DNA from: Bilabrum cf. latius
Taxonomy: Eukaryota
NCBI GenBank assembly: GCA_965178125.1
Contig: OZ237739.1
Location: forward strand, 124,001-188,000
DNA: 64,000 nucleotides
Direction: 5' to 3'
A program made the translations under genes and the position numbers. This document shows, piece after piece, positions 34,538 through 48,700 of the stretch. Each line of letters starts with the position of its first letter. The stretch's first letter is position 1. The notes under the pieces were generated by a model that was given only the letters and a program-made list of their open reading frames with translations, was not told the origin of the DNA and did not search any database.

Positions 34538-34954
34538 ACGACGGGACACGCGGCAGATTTAAGCCTAGTCCACGCTCCAGCGCCTCTCCTGGACAGAGGG
34601 ATGGGTTATCGACCACTGGTCTGCTCGCCTGAGTGATCGAGGGCATTACGGGGCACCTTGAAGTCTTGGTATTGTCTTTTTCGGCGCACAAAGCGCTTGG
34701 GTTGCGGCTCCGAACGAATTTTGGTTACAACCGGCTGGTCATCTCGCTTTGGATTTCAACTCTGACGGCAACAGACCGCCAGATAGCGGTGCGGCTATCT
34801 ATAAAGTCTTTTTAGTATTAGAATCTTAGCTCCCCCCTCGTCTTTTCGTGGTAGGGTACCGAGAGCGAACTGGTTGGCGGTCGTCCGCGTACAGCATCGT
34901 GGTGCCATTTTCAAAGGATCGATCAGCACACTAACCACCTGACGGGTTCGTGCC

Positions 34955-37900
34955 ATGGAAAGGTGAGACCATATAGTCGATATTTATGCAGCAGTTGAGT
35001 ACGACTTGCTGCCGCCCAGAGGAATGTAACTTTAGTATGTTATCCACGTGCAACACATTGCTGAACCATCCAATTGCAGGACATCGAAAGCTGCTCTGCA
35101 ATTTTTGGAGGCAGCTCTATCAGCGAGTATCTCTGATGAGTACCGTGGCCAGCTAGTGGATTCCCTAAAGTCTCCTTCGGCCTCTTCGGCAGCGAGCGAA
35201 TTCGAAGACGGCGAATCGTCAGTGCTGCTGGCAGAGGTCGAAACAGGATCCACAGGAGCCGCAGCAGTCCATTTATCGAATAAACTGTCACCAAGCCCGC
35301 ACGCAAGCGCATCAGTGGCGCTCATTAAGCTATCGGGAGGAGCCCTGGATCCCGCCCGCTCGGTCCCGTCCTAGGTGCTCGCACTCACCCTGCGATCCTC
35401 GGCAGAGGACGGCTCGAGGGCCGGCGACGAGGGCGATCAATCCGGTGGACGGGCGACCTTGGCGGACCCGGCTGCAGCAACTGGCCAGGACTAGGATGTC
35501 TCGGGGGCTGGAGGCCCCGCAGGGGGCGCGAACGGCGGCCCCCGACACGCTGGCGTGCTCCTGGGCCTGACGAGGCACGTGCTCGCCCCCCTCCTCAGGG
35601 CCCTGGGCCAGACGGGGGAGGGGGAGGGCGCGGGCCCCGACGGGGGGTCGGGGGAGAGGGATGCAGCGGCGGCAGGCAGGATCCACGCCGCGCGGCGCCG
35701 CCTTGCGGAACTCGAGAGCCTCCTGGCGATGTTCGCGGAAACGTCCGCGGTTCCGGAGGTCAGGCTGGCGGCGGATGGGGTGCCTGAGGTGGCTGCGGCC
35801 GCTGCGGAGTGCGCGCTGCAGGGCCGGCGGCTTCGGCTGGGTGACCTCGGCCTGGAGGAGCTGGCCAGCTCGAGCGGATCCGCGGGGGCTGGTGGTGCGA
35901 CCGAGCCGGAGTCGTCCGGAGGTGTGGCAGGGAGTTTCCTGGACCGGTGCGTGGCGGCCGTCTCCCAGTGGGGGAGGGAGAGCAGGAGACTCACCCGGTG
36001 GCCGCAGCTGAGGGCAGCGCGCGCAGCCACCGAGGCACAGGCCATGATCTCAGGGGAGGGAGTGGAGCCCGAGGCGGCGTCCGACGGGCGGCAGGCAGCC
36101 TCCGAGGTGGCCCAGTGGAGGCAGGCGGACGCCTCCCTGAAGCGGCTTGAGCAGCAGCTGGAGGGATACGCGGTTCACCTGACGCTCGAGTGCCTGCAGC
36201 GAGGCAAGCGCACAGTGGTGGCCGCGGGATTCATGGATACCACAGGGGCGCGGGGGGCCCGCCAGCGACTGGACCAGGTGATGACACTGGTGCGCGATGT
36301 GCCGGTGGACTCGATCGCCGTGGCCGACAGGCTGCCCGCGCTGAGGGGGGTGGTGGCGGACGCGCTTGCAGCCATCGGGCGCGTACCCGCCCCGCTGGTG
36401 GACATGCCGTTCCTGTCGGTGCTGCTGGCCCGCATGGCTGCAGACGTGCGGACGGGAGTGCTGCGGTGCCTGGCGCACATGCCACCGGCCCCTGAGTTCG
36501 CCGGGAAGCTCTCCGCCGAGGAAAAAGAGGCATCGTCCGACAGCGAGCTGGCGGGCCCCGCCCTCGCCGCCGCTGCCGCCCGCAGCCTCATGTTCGCGCC
36601 CGTCGAGGCCTCCTCTGCCGCCATGCAGGAGCTGCACGCTCTCACCACGGAGTGGTCCGCAGAGGTGCAGCGCATCCAGACCAACGTATCAGCCAAGCAG
36701 AGGCAGGGTGACGAGACCCAGGCAGCGGCCAAGCGGCTGATGCGGCAGGTTGTCGGTGCGCTGGATCCGCTGCGTGGTCGGTGCCAGGGCCTGGTGGAGG
36801 TGCGCACCTCCTTCGTGGCGCTGTGCGCGGTGCTGGGGGAGGCAGCTGCCAGCAAGAAGAACGCGGCAGCCGCAGGGGAGCAGTCCCAGTCCAAGGATTA
36901 GAACGGAAGCAAGAAGAGAGCGGCAGGCGGCGATACAGGTGACGGAGAGGACAACGAAGACGACGAGGAAGAGGAGGAGGAGAGCGGGCTGGTGGGCGAC
37001 CTGCGAAGGTCCTACGAGCGTGTGGCGAGGGCGAGCTGCCTGGAGCGGGGGCCCGCGGGAGACGCGCGCTGGGCGTCTGAGAAGCGAAGGTTCGCCGCGC
37101 AGCTAGAGAGGGCCGAGGGCGCGGCCGTGGCCTCCGCCCGCCGTGCCCTGGAGCACGCGGAGGAGGCCGGGCCCGCTGCCCTGCTGCGGGTGCTGAGGCA
37201 GTTTGCACCCCTCCTGGAGAGGCCGCGGGTGGAGGCGGCCGCGGCACCCATGCAGCGGAGGCTGCTCGCCGCGACGGCTGCCGAGATGCACGGGATCGCC
37301 GCCGCGGCCAAGTCGAGCTACTCCAAGGCGCCCGCGGCTTCCCTCGCTGCCCTCCGCGGCATCGCCCCCGGCGGGGCTGCGCAGAGCTGGGTCAACGTGC
37401 TGCGGCGCAGGCTGCAGACCTCGATCGCCCGCGCCCTGCTGATCGTGGGCGGGAAAGAGGACAGGCTGCGAGGCTCGGAGGAAGGCAGGGCCCTGGTGGA
37501 GGCCCAGGGGGAGGCGCAGCGCGCGCTGGATGAGGACAGGACGTACGAGCGCTGGCTCAGGAGCATGGCCACGGGGGATGCTCTGGCGGTGTCCTCGGAC
37601 GGTGCCGGCGGCTCGACTGTGGCCGGGCTGGTGCTGCCTTTGGTGGTGGTGGGGCAGGTGGGTTCCTCTCCCAACGGCCCCGTGGGGCTGCAGGTGTCCT
37701 TTGCTCGAGAGCTCGCCGCCCTGCAGCAGGAGGTGAGGGCATTCGTCTGGCTGGGGCAGGCAGTGAACGGTTTCCTGCGGCTGCAGGAGGACATTGTGGC
37801 CGAGGCGAGGCCGGCCGCTGCCACCATGTCTGCTGCACTCAGGGCCTATGCGCAGGCGACCGCCAGCGCGGGCGCGACAGAGCTGATGCTGGCGTCCACC

Positions 37901-39667
37901 CACAGAGCGGCCGTGCGGGGCCTCTTGGCACAGGCGGCCGGCGTGGACCTCCTCGGTTGCAACCGGTCCGCGTTCGGGGACGCCGGGGGTGCCTTCCGCA
38001 AGGCAACCAAGGGGCACGACTTTGCCCTCCTGGCCGCCTGCCTCGGCGCCACTGCCGCGCCCCTCCCCGGTGCAGGCGTGCCGCTGGCGGGGGCGTCTTC
38101 GTGGGGGCAGATCGCCGGCCTAGACGCGGCGCTGGCTGCGGTGCAGCGGGTTGCAGAGGGAGAGGGAGAGGGACAGGGAGGCGGCAGCGGGGCCGATTCG
38201 GAGGCCAGATCTGCCGCGGAGAGTGCCTTGCAGCAGGCCCTGGCGTCGTTGTCAACGAGCGAGTCACCACCCCGGCTTGTTCTCGCCGGCACCCCGCCGT
38301 CTGCAGAGCCCCCCACGTGGCAGGCGGTGTCCGAGGGTGCTTCTGACCTCCCAGCCGTGCTGGAGGGCGCGGTGCAGGCACTCAGGGGCAGGATCGGCAA
38401 GGCGGCCGCGCTGACGGCACGGTGCCGGGGCCTCGTGGCTGGCCTGTACGAGGACATCGCCTCGGTCGGGAAGCAGGGAGCCAGCGCGGGGCAGCTGAGG
38501 AATGCCCTGTCGCGGGCGGTGTCGCGGGCGGCCGGGCTGTTGGCCGGGGCGGCAGCCGACCAGCTCTGGAACTTGGGCCGCCTGGGACGCGTGCTGGCCC
38601 GTTGCATCGCCGCAGCGGCGGCGGCGGGGCTGCGCGAGCTTGCCGCGGCTGGTGCCGCCACTGTGGCTTCTGACACGGGCCGGTCTTCCGGCGCCGCGCC
38701 GCTAGGTTCCGCAATGGTTGCTGGGGCTCTCGACCCGATCAACCGGTTGATGGCGGCGGGGGCGGCAGATGCGTTGAGGAGTGCACATGCGGGCGCATGG
38801 GGAGCCGTCGGTGGCGGCGCAATGGGGGGAGAGCCGCTGTACGTGCAATAGCAGCAGCAGCAACAATAGCAGCACCGGCAAGGAGGCACAGAAGCGACCC
38901 AAGGGGGCCGGCTGGCCAGCGGTCGACTGCTGGTTCGACTCATGCCAGGGAATGCCGGCGAGGTGCAGTGCGAGCCGCCCCTCCCTGCAGTGCGAGCCGC
39001 GCTGCTGAGCGCCGCTGCCGACGCGGTGGAGGCCTGCCTGGACGTGGAGTCCGCTGCGACTGCGAGTAGCGTGCTGCCCCACGGGTCAGTGGGGGAGCGG
39101 AGTGGCACCGGGCCGGATGATATCGACTCTGAGTCGCTGCACGTGCGAGCCACGTACGGTTTCGACTGCGAGGCCGTGCTTCCCGGCCTGCTGCCGGATG
39201 CTAGGGGGGCACGCCTGGCCCACCGGGCCAGAGAGCCGAGCCTCCCAGCCATCGCCGCCGACGAGCGAAGGGGGGACGGCCTCGGCCCCAGCGCACTCGT
39301 CACACTTGCGGGACACCATGAGGTGGCACTTCGTGCGCGCCGACACGCCGCGGGCGGGGCGCTGGCAGCCCGGGCCGCAGTGCATCGGGCGGCCGCGTCT
39401 GGCGCGAGAGCCGCCGAGCGCGCGCTGGCCGAGTGGACCGAGATTGCGCGCGCCTCCTCGGTTGACCTGTCCGGCGTGGCTCGGAGGATAGAGGCGGAGC
39501 GGGTGCGGTCCCGCGCCTCTCCCGCGCAGCACCTGGGACTCTGGAGGGCGGTGCTCGGCGAGGCCCGCAAGGTCGTGGGCCGCACTGAGTCAGGTGGTGC
39601 GTCCTCCCGGCATGGGGGCGAGCTGGGAGCAGGCGGTGCGGGTTCAAGCCTAGGAGCAGGAGCAGGG

Positions 39668-39702
<35 letters not shown>

Positions 39703-42700
39703 GGCAGGGGCAGGCTCGGAGCGGCTGGTCTGCGGCCCCGTGGTTGTTGACTGGTCCACGGTGCGGGCCTGGTGCGTGAGCCGAACGAGGCGCACCCTCG
39801 GAGGCGTGTGCAGAGGTGCCTCCGAGGCAGGCACTGCTTCCGCGGAGTCTCTCCTCGCAGAGGCCTCGCAGTGGAGGGAGAAGCTGGAGAACGCCAGGCT
39901 GGTGGCCTCGGGGCACTCGTCCGACGCCATGGTGCAGGCCCGCAGCGTGGCGGAGGTGGCATCTGCTGGGGCGGCCCTCCCCGGCCTGCAGAGGGCGGCG
40001 AGAGCGCTCGCGGGTCTTCGGAAGGCGGTGGACGAGTGCGTCAGGGAACAACGGAGGGCGGACGCCGGGGCAGGGGCGGCCTTCGCGGCCGGGGCAGGGG
40101 CGGCGGAGAGCGTCACCACCGGCGGTGTTGGCCCGGCCTAGAGCGACCTGGACGATGGTGGTGCGTAGGGGTCGGCCGAGTCGCCGGTCGCGCGCGCCGC
40201 GGAAGCCCTGGCTGCGCCAGAGAGCGCCAGCCAGTCGCGTGTGTCGGATGCCCTGGACGTGCTGCAGCAGCTCGTGGACAGGAGGCAGAAAGAGGTCCGT
40301 GACAACAGCATGGCGCTTGTGGCAGCCGTGGATGCCGCCCGCCGAGAGGCCCTTGAATCCGCCGCGGGTCTCGCCGCCGAGTGGGCCCGGGCCAAGCCGC
40401 AGGTGGAGAGCGGGGCACCGGAGAGCTGCCTGGAGCAGGCCAAGGCCTGGACGGACCGCATCGCCGAGGCGCAGGAGACTCTGGTTTCGCTTCAGCGGGC
40501 GCACGGTATCCTGTCTTCCGGAGGTGCCAGCGGGCAGGGAGGGGCGGGGTCTGCCAGCGGTGGTGCCAGCGCTGCCATGGACAGCGCCGGAGACCCCTTG
40601 GCCGACGCGGCGGAGGACGCGCAGAGGCTGCTCGAGGCTTGGAGGGGCGTGATCGGCCCGTGGCAGGTGCTGCTCTCCTCCCTCTCCGCGTCGTTCGGGG
40701 ACTTTACACCGGAGAAGGCGGCGAACACCATGCAGTCGGTGAGGGAGGGTGCCAGGAGGGTGCCCCCGCAGCTCAGGTCCTCGCGGCCCCACCGAGATTT
40801 GATCGCTGCGGTGCGTGGGGTGGAGCAGGCGCTGTCGTTCGCCAGCACGGTGGCGCTGGCCCCTCTGCGGGAGAGGCACGAGGGCGAGGTGGCTGGACTG
40901 GTGGGGCGGGCGGTGGATCGGCTCAGGCGACTCGTGGCGGAGGACCGGGGCCAGCGGCACGATGGGGGCAAGGAAGAGGGGGACGATGCGCAGGGGCAGG
41001 CTGGCGCCGGGATCGGTCCTGCTGCCACTGCCATCGCTGTCTCGCTGTCCCCGGCCGATGGGGGGCAGGAGGCGGCCAATCCTGCCCTTCAGGGAGCCTC
41101 GGGTCCCGGCAGCCAGCAGGCGGCGAGCAGCCGGCGAAAATCGTCCATGCGGAACCGGAACCAGTCCGTGGGCAGCGGGGGCGCGACCGGCCCGCTGCTC
41201 GCAAGTGGAGTCGACGGCGAAGGGGCCAACGGTATGCCGCCCGCACTGGCGGCGCTCCGGCTGGCCGATGTGCTGGCGGCCGGCTTGAGCCCCGCAACCG
41301 TGAACGCGCTGCGGGGCGTGCTGGCTCGTGCCCGTGGCGAAGGTTCCCTGGAGCGGTTCCTTGATGAGGTTCGCTCGTCGTGGCACTCGATGCGACTGAC
41401 GCTGGTACCCTTCGGCTCGGAGGGAGAAGAGGCCATGCTGGCGCTCGAGGAGGCGGCTGAGCAGGAGCAGGGGCAGGGGCAGGGGGCGGCAGGGGATGTG
41501 CCAGGGGGCCAAGGCGAGGCAGGGGAATGGGAGGGGGAAGAGCCCGAGATCGCGATGGGCGGGGGCGCTGGGGCAGGGGACGACGACGGCCTCGCGCTGA
41601 TGGGCGCGGGCGGCCTAGACCTCGGAGGGGACGTGGACCCAGCATCGCACCCCGTGCTGCTGCTGCGGGACGTAGACGCTGTGGCCGAGCTGCTGCAGGA
41701 GCACTCGCAGGGCCTGTCTGCCATGAGCAACAGCCCTTTCTACGACACCTTCCGGGACGACGCGGACGGACTCAGCCGCATGCTGGACAGGGTCAGCGAT
41801 CTGGTGGAGGCGTGGGGGGAGGCGCAGCGGCTGTGGGTCTCCATGCAGGGGGTCTTTGGGACGGGTGCGGGGAGCGGCGGGGGCGGGGGCGCCGGTGGAG
41901 GCTTCGGGATGGGCGCCGGCCGAGGGGGCGGGCAGGGGGTGTCTGAAGTGGCCGCGGCGCTGCCCGAAGCGGCCTCCCGCTTCGAGCAGGTGGACGCCCT
42001 GTTCCGGAGACGCTCCGCTGAGGCCAGTACGGATAGGCGAGCCACGAGGATCGCGGGTCTGCGCGGGTTCCGGGCGGATCTGGGTCGCATCGCGGCCGAG
42101 TGCGGGGAGGTGCAGAGTGCTTTGGGTGGGTTTCTGGCGGAGCGCAGGGGAAAGTTCCCTCGGTTCTTTTTCGTGGGCGACGAGGATCTGCTTCAGATAG
42201 TCAGCGCGAGATCGGACCCCAGGGCCCTGCAGCGGCACGCGAACAAGCTGTTTGCAAGCGTGCAGTCGCTCCGGATCGAGGCTGTCCCCGGCGGCGTGGC
42301 ATCGATGATCGCCGCCTCGTCCTCGTCTTCGTCGTCGCAGGCAGCGGGCGGGGCCGCGCTCCTGCCTCCGCCGAGCCATGGAGGGGTTTTGCAGCCTCAG
42401 CCGGCGGCGGCATCTGCGCTTCGCGGCTCGCTGGCCGTGACGGCGGTGGTGTCTGCCGCCGGCGAGGAGCTCCCGCTCGTGCCTCCGTTGGTGCTTGTCG
42501 GCGCGCAGCAGGGGTCGGGCGGCGGCGGAGGCGGCGGTCAGGAGGCTTCCGTGCTGGACTGGGGCTCGGGCTGGCTGATGCCGCTGCCCGCTGCGATGCG
42601 GCTTGATGCGGACGGGCTGTCCAGGGCCGGTCGCGAGGCGCTCCGGAGGAGGCAGCACTCGTCACAGGGTGCGGCCGCTGCAGAGGGCGAAGTGACGGGC

Positions 42701-45700
42701 ACCACCATGGCTGCGGAGCACTGGCTCTCTGCCTTGGACGCTTCCATCGCGAGGTCGGCTTCGGCGCTGGCGGCTGCGGCGCTGCTGAGCGTGCCGTCAG
42801 GCGGGCTGGCCTGGGGCGCGGATCCCGCGGGGGCGGGAGGGCCGCGCATGGAGAGCGGTGAGGACGCCTCGGCGGCCGGTGAGGAGGTGACGAGTGCGCT
42901 GGTGGCCGCTCTGGTGGGCGAGGCGGGTGACGTGCTAAGGGCTGCATCAACGGCGGCGACTGCGGTCGCCTCCGTGGGGCGGGTCCTGTCACCCGTGGTG
43001 CCGCCTGCTCTGCAGGAACAGGCGGATGCCCAGGGGTAGGACGCGTCTGCCGCTGCCGCTGCACTCGTGGCTGAGCCCGCCGGCAGCGTATCGGAGTGGT
43101 GCGTGCGGACCCCCATGCAGGGCGCCTCTGCCGCCAACAGCCTGCTCTTCACCACGGTGGCAGAGCGGGCCCTGCGCACGGCGGGGGCGCGCGCCAGCGA
43201 GGGCAAGCGGCAGGAGGCGGCCCGCGCCCTGGCCAAACCGGCGGAGGAGGTGCGCGTGCGGCTGGCGGAGATGGCCAGCGGGATCAGGTCAGCTGGGGTC
43301 CTATCTGCGCAGGCCAAGGAAGCGGCGGACAGGCATCGCGCGGGCGTGGAGGCTAGCACCGCGGGCAGATCCAGGCGGGGGGGCGGGGCCGCGGGCGCGG
43401 GGGCGGCGGCGCGCGCCCTTGCCAGCAACACGGTGCAGAGCTGCCTGGGCGTAGACACGCGAGGCGCGCGCCGTCGGCTGCAGGGCCTGATCACCGACAC
43501 TGTGTTCCACCGCGATGTGGGCGACGCGGTGGCAGGCTTTACCGGGCTTGGGAGCGGGAGCGGCGGTGGGGAGACAGCCGGTGGTGCCGTGGCCCCGCTG
43601 GATTCGTTCGAGTGGCAGCAGCGCTTCCGGTTCTACTCCGGGGCACCGGGGCCCGACGCTTGGGCCGAGTCTGTGTACGGGGGTCCTGGCCCCTACGCCC
43701 CCGCTGGTTACGAGGTGCAGGCTCGCATGGGCCAGGCCGTGGCTCGGCATGGGTGGGAGTGGCAGCCGGGCGCGGACAGGCTGGTGATCACGCCGCTGAC
43801 AGAGAGGTGCTACTTCGCCCTGCTGCAGGCCCTGAAGCTGCGGCTTGGTGGCAGTCCTTTCGGGCCCGCGGGCACCGGCAAGACGGAGAGCGTCAAGGCG
43901 CTGGGGGCGTCCCTGGGCCGGATGGTGCTGGTGGTGAACTGCGACCAGAGCTTCGACGTGGGAGCCATCGCGAGGTCACTGAGCGGGATCGCAGCCGCGG
44001 ACGCGTGGGGCTGCTTCGACGAGTTCAACCGGCTCGACGCCAACACCCTCAGCGCGGTGTCGCAGCTCGTGGTGTCTCTGCAGTCCTCCCTCGCGGCGCG
44101 CAGGGACTCCGTCAGGCTGGTCCACGGCCAGGCCCCCGTGCGGCTCAGGCCCAACGTGGGTGTCTTCATCACGACCAACCCGGGGTACAAGGGCCGCAGG
44201 GAGCTGCCGGAGAACCTCAAGGTGCTCTTCCGGTCAGTGGCCATGGTGAAGCCCGACCAGCGCGCGATCGCAACGGTGCTGCTGTACTCCCACGGCTTCG
44301 AGACGGCCGAGCAACTGGCGGGCGGGGCGGTCCTGACGTTCCAGCTGTCCGCGGACTAGCTCACGAGGCAGCGGCACTACGACTGGTCCCTAAGGGCCCT
44401 CAAGCAGGTGCTGAGCGCCGCCGGCCGGCTGCTGCAGTCCACGAGGAGGATGGAGCAGGATGAGGCACAGAGCCCGGGGCAGGGCACACAAGGAGAGGAA
44501 GGCATCTCGGGGTCGGCTGCCACTGCTGCCGTGGAGGAGTCCGTGCTCGTGTCGGCCCTGACTGCCACCCTGCAGCCGACCCTCGTCGCGTCGGATCGCT
44601 CCCAGTTCGGCCGGCTGCTTTCCAGCGTGTTCCCCAGCGCAGACGCCAGTTTGACCAGGGACGCCAGGGTGGTGGAAGCGGCGCAGGCGTGGGCGCAGGA
44701 GCGTGGCCTCTTCGAGGGGGATGCGTGGCTGGACAAAGTGGCGCAGCTGGGGCGGGTGCTTCGGCAGCGGCACGGCGTCATGCTGCTGGGCTCGCCCGGG
44801 TCTGGCAAGAGCACGCTGCTGCAGGCGTTGCAGGCGGCTCGCGCGGCAGTGGCGCGTGAGGACCTGGAGATGCTGCAGTCCAAGGGCAAGAAGACCGAGA
44901 CTGTGGTGGTGTTCGCGGACGGCGTCAAGGCGGGCAGGGGCGGGGAGGGGAAGGAGCAGGACGAGAGCGAAGAAGGAGGCGCGGCCTCTGGGGCGGGGGC
45001 GAGCGAGGGCAAAGCGAGCGACTCGGACGGGGAGGGCGGGGCGGGCGCGAGCGCCGACGAGGAGAGCAAGGTGGAGAGCCGGCAGGGGCGGGGCAGCGCT
45101 GCGGCTGGGGCAGCTGTCGGCACCGGTAGCGGCAAGCAGGGTCGGCTAGTAGAGACGGCTCGCTTCGTCGGGGCCGAGATGCACGTGGTAGACCCGAGGG
45201 CCATGGCCAAGTCGGACTTTTTGGGGCGGCTGGACCCTGTGACGGGGGAGTGGAGGGACGGCGTGCTGCCCTCGCTCATGCGGAGGTTCGCGGAGGAGCG
45301 CGCGGACGGCGAGGCGCGCTTCTAGCAGGGGGCACGTAAGGCCAGGGCGGCGCTGTCGGGGCGCAAGAAGGGCAAGGGCAGGAAGCGAGGGGCCGGGACC
45401 GGCGGGGACGGCAGTGGCGACGATCTCCGTGACGCCCTTCGGCTCGCTCGCCTAGGCGCGCACGAGAAGGAGCACTGGGTGGTCATGGATGGACCCATCG
45501 ACCCAGAGTGGGCAGAGTCGCTCAACTCGCTGCTGGACGACAACCGCCTGCTCAGCCTGCCCAGCGGCGAGAGGCTGCAGCTGCCCGAGGGAGTGTCCCT
45601 CATCTTCGAGACGGACTCGCTGGAGAGCGCCACGCCTGCCACGGTCAGTCGCTGCGGGATGGTGTGGGTCAGCGAGGACTTTGTGCCACTGGCGCGGCGC

Positions 45701-48700
45701 GTGGCTGCCGAGCTGGCGCATGCCCTGCGGTTGCAACCGGAGCCGTCGGGTCTGGCCACGCAGGCAGAGATGCAGCAGGGGCAAAGGCAGGGGCAGAGGC
45801 AGGGAAGCGGCGAGTCGAGGCAGCAGGCGGGCGCCACCTGGACGGACATCGTGGTCGGGGTCACGAGCCAGTGGTACGCCGATACGGGCGCGGGACCAGG
45901 AGGACGAGGAGGACGGGCCTCGCCCTCGAAGAGCAAGGTCAGTCGGCCCCGCGCGCTGCAGAACGACCCGAGGCCCGCTGGCGTGCAGTCCGCCATGCGG
46001 CTGGTGCTGCAGGACGACTCGCCCGTGCCTGCGGTCATTCGCGCCGCAGTGTCGGCCCAGAGGGGCAGCAGCGGCAACAGCAGCGGCGCTTCGTCCTCCT
46101 CCGAATCCGCAGGAGGCTCTGGCGGAGCCCCCGCGGCCGTGGCCACCGGCCGCCCCACGGACCCCGTGATGCCGCAATCCGCCCCGCAGCTCGCCACTGC
46201 CTGCGCCAGGCTGATCGCGCAGGGCGTGGCGGCGGCATGCGGCACCGGCGCCTCCATCGCGCAGGTGCCCGAAGACGTGGGCCGGTGGGCGCTGTGGGCC
46301 ACCCAGTGGGCATGCGGGGCGGCTCTGTCCGGCAGGGACCGCTCGGGGGTGGCCGACCTGGCCGTGCTGGCTGCGGCCACGAGACACTGCCCGCCAGGAG
46401 TGCGTGACGCCGCGGCGGGCCGCAGCGGAACCTCCGGCGGGCGCCGCGAGGGCACAGAGGAGGACCCCTCGCTCTCGCTGATGCACTGGCGGCCCGTGGT
46501 GGGCGGGAGCGGGCGCGGGGGGTGGGCCCCCTGGCTGGACGAGGGCAAGGAGAGGGCGCCCCGGGTCCCTCTGCACGCCGCGGTGCACGGCACTGCGGTG
46601 GTGCCCACGGTGGACACGAGACGGCACGAGGCGCTGCTGCAGCAGCTGCTGCGGGGCGGCCTGCCGCTGCTGCTGTGCGGGCCCCCCGGCAGCGGCAAGA
46701 CCATGACCCTCGAGGCGGTGCTCTCGAGCATGCCAGACACGGACATCCTCGGGATCAACTTCAGCTCGGGGACGAGCGTGAGGGACGTGCTGACCGCGCT
46801 AGAGAGCCGGTGCGAGTACCGGAGCACTGCCACGGGCGTGGTGCTGCAGCCCAGGGAGGGCGGCGGGGACGAGGAGGAGACGGAGGAGGGTGGAGGCAGG
46901 GGCAGCGGCGGTGGCGCGGTGGGATCGTCCGCGTCCTCGTCCTCTTCGGACCGCAAGCTCGTGCTGTTCTGCGACGAGATCAACCTGCCGTCCCCCGACG
47001 TGTTCGGTGTGTCCTCCACCCTGCAGCTGATCCGATCTCTCTGCGAGAGGGGCGGGTTCTGGAGGCCGGGCAACCGCGGGTGGGTCCGCACCCACAACAT
47101 ATTCGTGGTGGGTGCCTGCAACCCGCCCACCGACCCGGGGAGGCATCCGCTCCCGTCTCGACTGCTGCGGCACTGCACTGTGCTGTACGTGGACGCGCCC
47201 TCGCCCGCGTCCCTCCGCCGCATCTACGGATCCTACACGCGGGCCATCCTGAGACCATACCCCGCTCTCGCAGCGGCGGCAGGAGGCAGCGACACGTCGC
47301 TCCAGACGGCCCTCCCGGCTGCCATGGTGGAAGTGTACATGCGCAACGCGGAGCGATTCAGCGCCGATTAGCAGCCGCAGTACGTGTACAGCCCAAGGGA
47401 GCTGACCAGGTGGGTGAGGGCTCTGCACGAGGGACTCACCGGGCGCGTGGGACAGGCCGCGGCCGCCGGCCTGCTGGACGGGGTCGAGGATGACGAGGAC
47501 GACGACGAGCGCGCGCCCACCGCTGCCTCCCAGGACCTGGGCTCCTTCGTGAGGCTGTGGGCGCACGAGGCTCATAGACTGTTCTGCGACAGGCTGGTGG
47601 CGGACGAGGACGCGGCGTACTCCAGGGGCGTGGTGGATGCGTCCGCGAGGGAGTGGTTCGGGGCTCGGCTGGGCCGGGGCATGGGCTACCTCGAGCAGGC
47701 GCTGCGCGGACCCGTGCTGTTCTCCTCGTGGGTCAGCCGCGGGGGCAAGTACGAGGACGCAGACCCCCTGGGGCTCATTCGGTTCTGTGAGAGGAGGCTG
47801 AGGCAGTTCCAGGAGGAGGCCGCACCCATCCGGGGCCGGCTGGTGGCCACTGACGTGTTCGTGAGTCACGCTCTCCGGATCAGCCGCGTGCTGCGCCAGA
47901 AGAGCGGGCACGTGCTCATGATCGGGCCGCCGGGCGTGGGCAAGTCGGTGCTGGCTCGCTTCGTGGCCTGGTGCGAGGGCTTTAGCGTGTTCCGGGTGAG
48001 TGGCAGCAGGCGGTTCACCATCGCTGACTTCGAGGAGAACCTTCGCGAGCTCTTCCGGCGGTCGGGTGTGTCCGGCGAGAGGATCGTGTTCCTGTTCGAC
48101 GAGTCGTCCGCGATGGAGAGCAGCTTCTTGGAGCGCATGAACAGCCTGCTGGCGTCGGGAGACGTGCCCGGGCTGTTCGAGGCGGAGGACAGGGCGGCCG
48201 TGGTGCAGGCGGGCAGGGAGGCGCAGCAGGCGCAGGCGAGGTCCGCGCGGATCGGTGGCGGCAAGGGGGGGGCCGGGGGCAAGGGCGGCTCCTCCGGCGG
48301 CGGCAGTTCGGGGACAGGAGGCGGCGGGTAGCAGGCGCAGGCCGATGACGACGCCGTGTGGCGGTGGATCGTGGGGCGGGTGAGAGAGAACCTTCACGTG
48401 GTGTTCACGATGAACCCCGGGGGAGAGGGCGGGGGCTCGCTGGCGGGCAGGGCGGCCACGTCTCCAGCTCTGTTCAACCGGTGCGTGGTGGACTGGATCG
48501 GAGGCTGGGACCGCGCCACCCTGGCCCACGTGGCCCTCGCGATGCTCGGAGACTCTGACTGGAGCATGGACGCGGCGGATGCTGGGCTGGGCGACGGGTT
48601 CGGCGGCGGGCTGCTCGGTGCCGGGGAAGACGCTGGTGAGGCAGGGACGGAAGGAGGGGAGGACGGGGAGGAGGGGGGCAGGAGCGCCTTCACACCCCCC

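Noticed and set aside
39650-39713. (GCAGGA)n tract, and (GCTGGT)n at 54508-54558, as separate repeat elements
   Set aside because: In-frame coding microsatellites producing Gly-Ala runs inside dynein.
44357-44359. TAG as pyrrolysine, Trp (A-to-I editing), Leu, or skipped by tiny introns
   Set aside because: Conserved columns and polyQ context indicate Gln. Flanking residues align without gaps and there are no splice signals around most TAGs.
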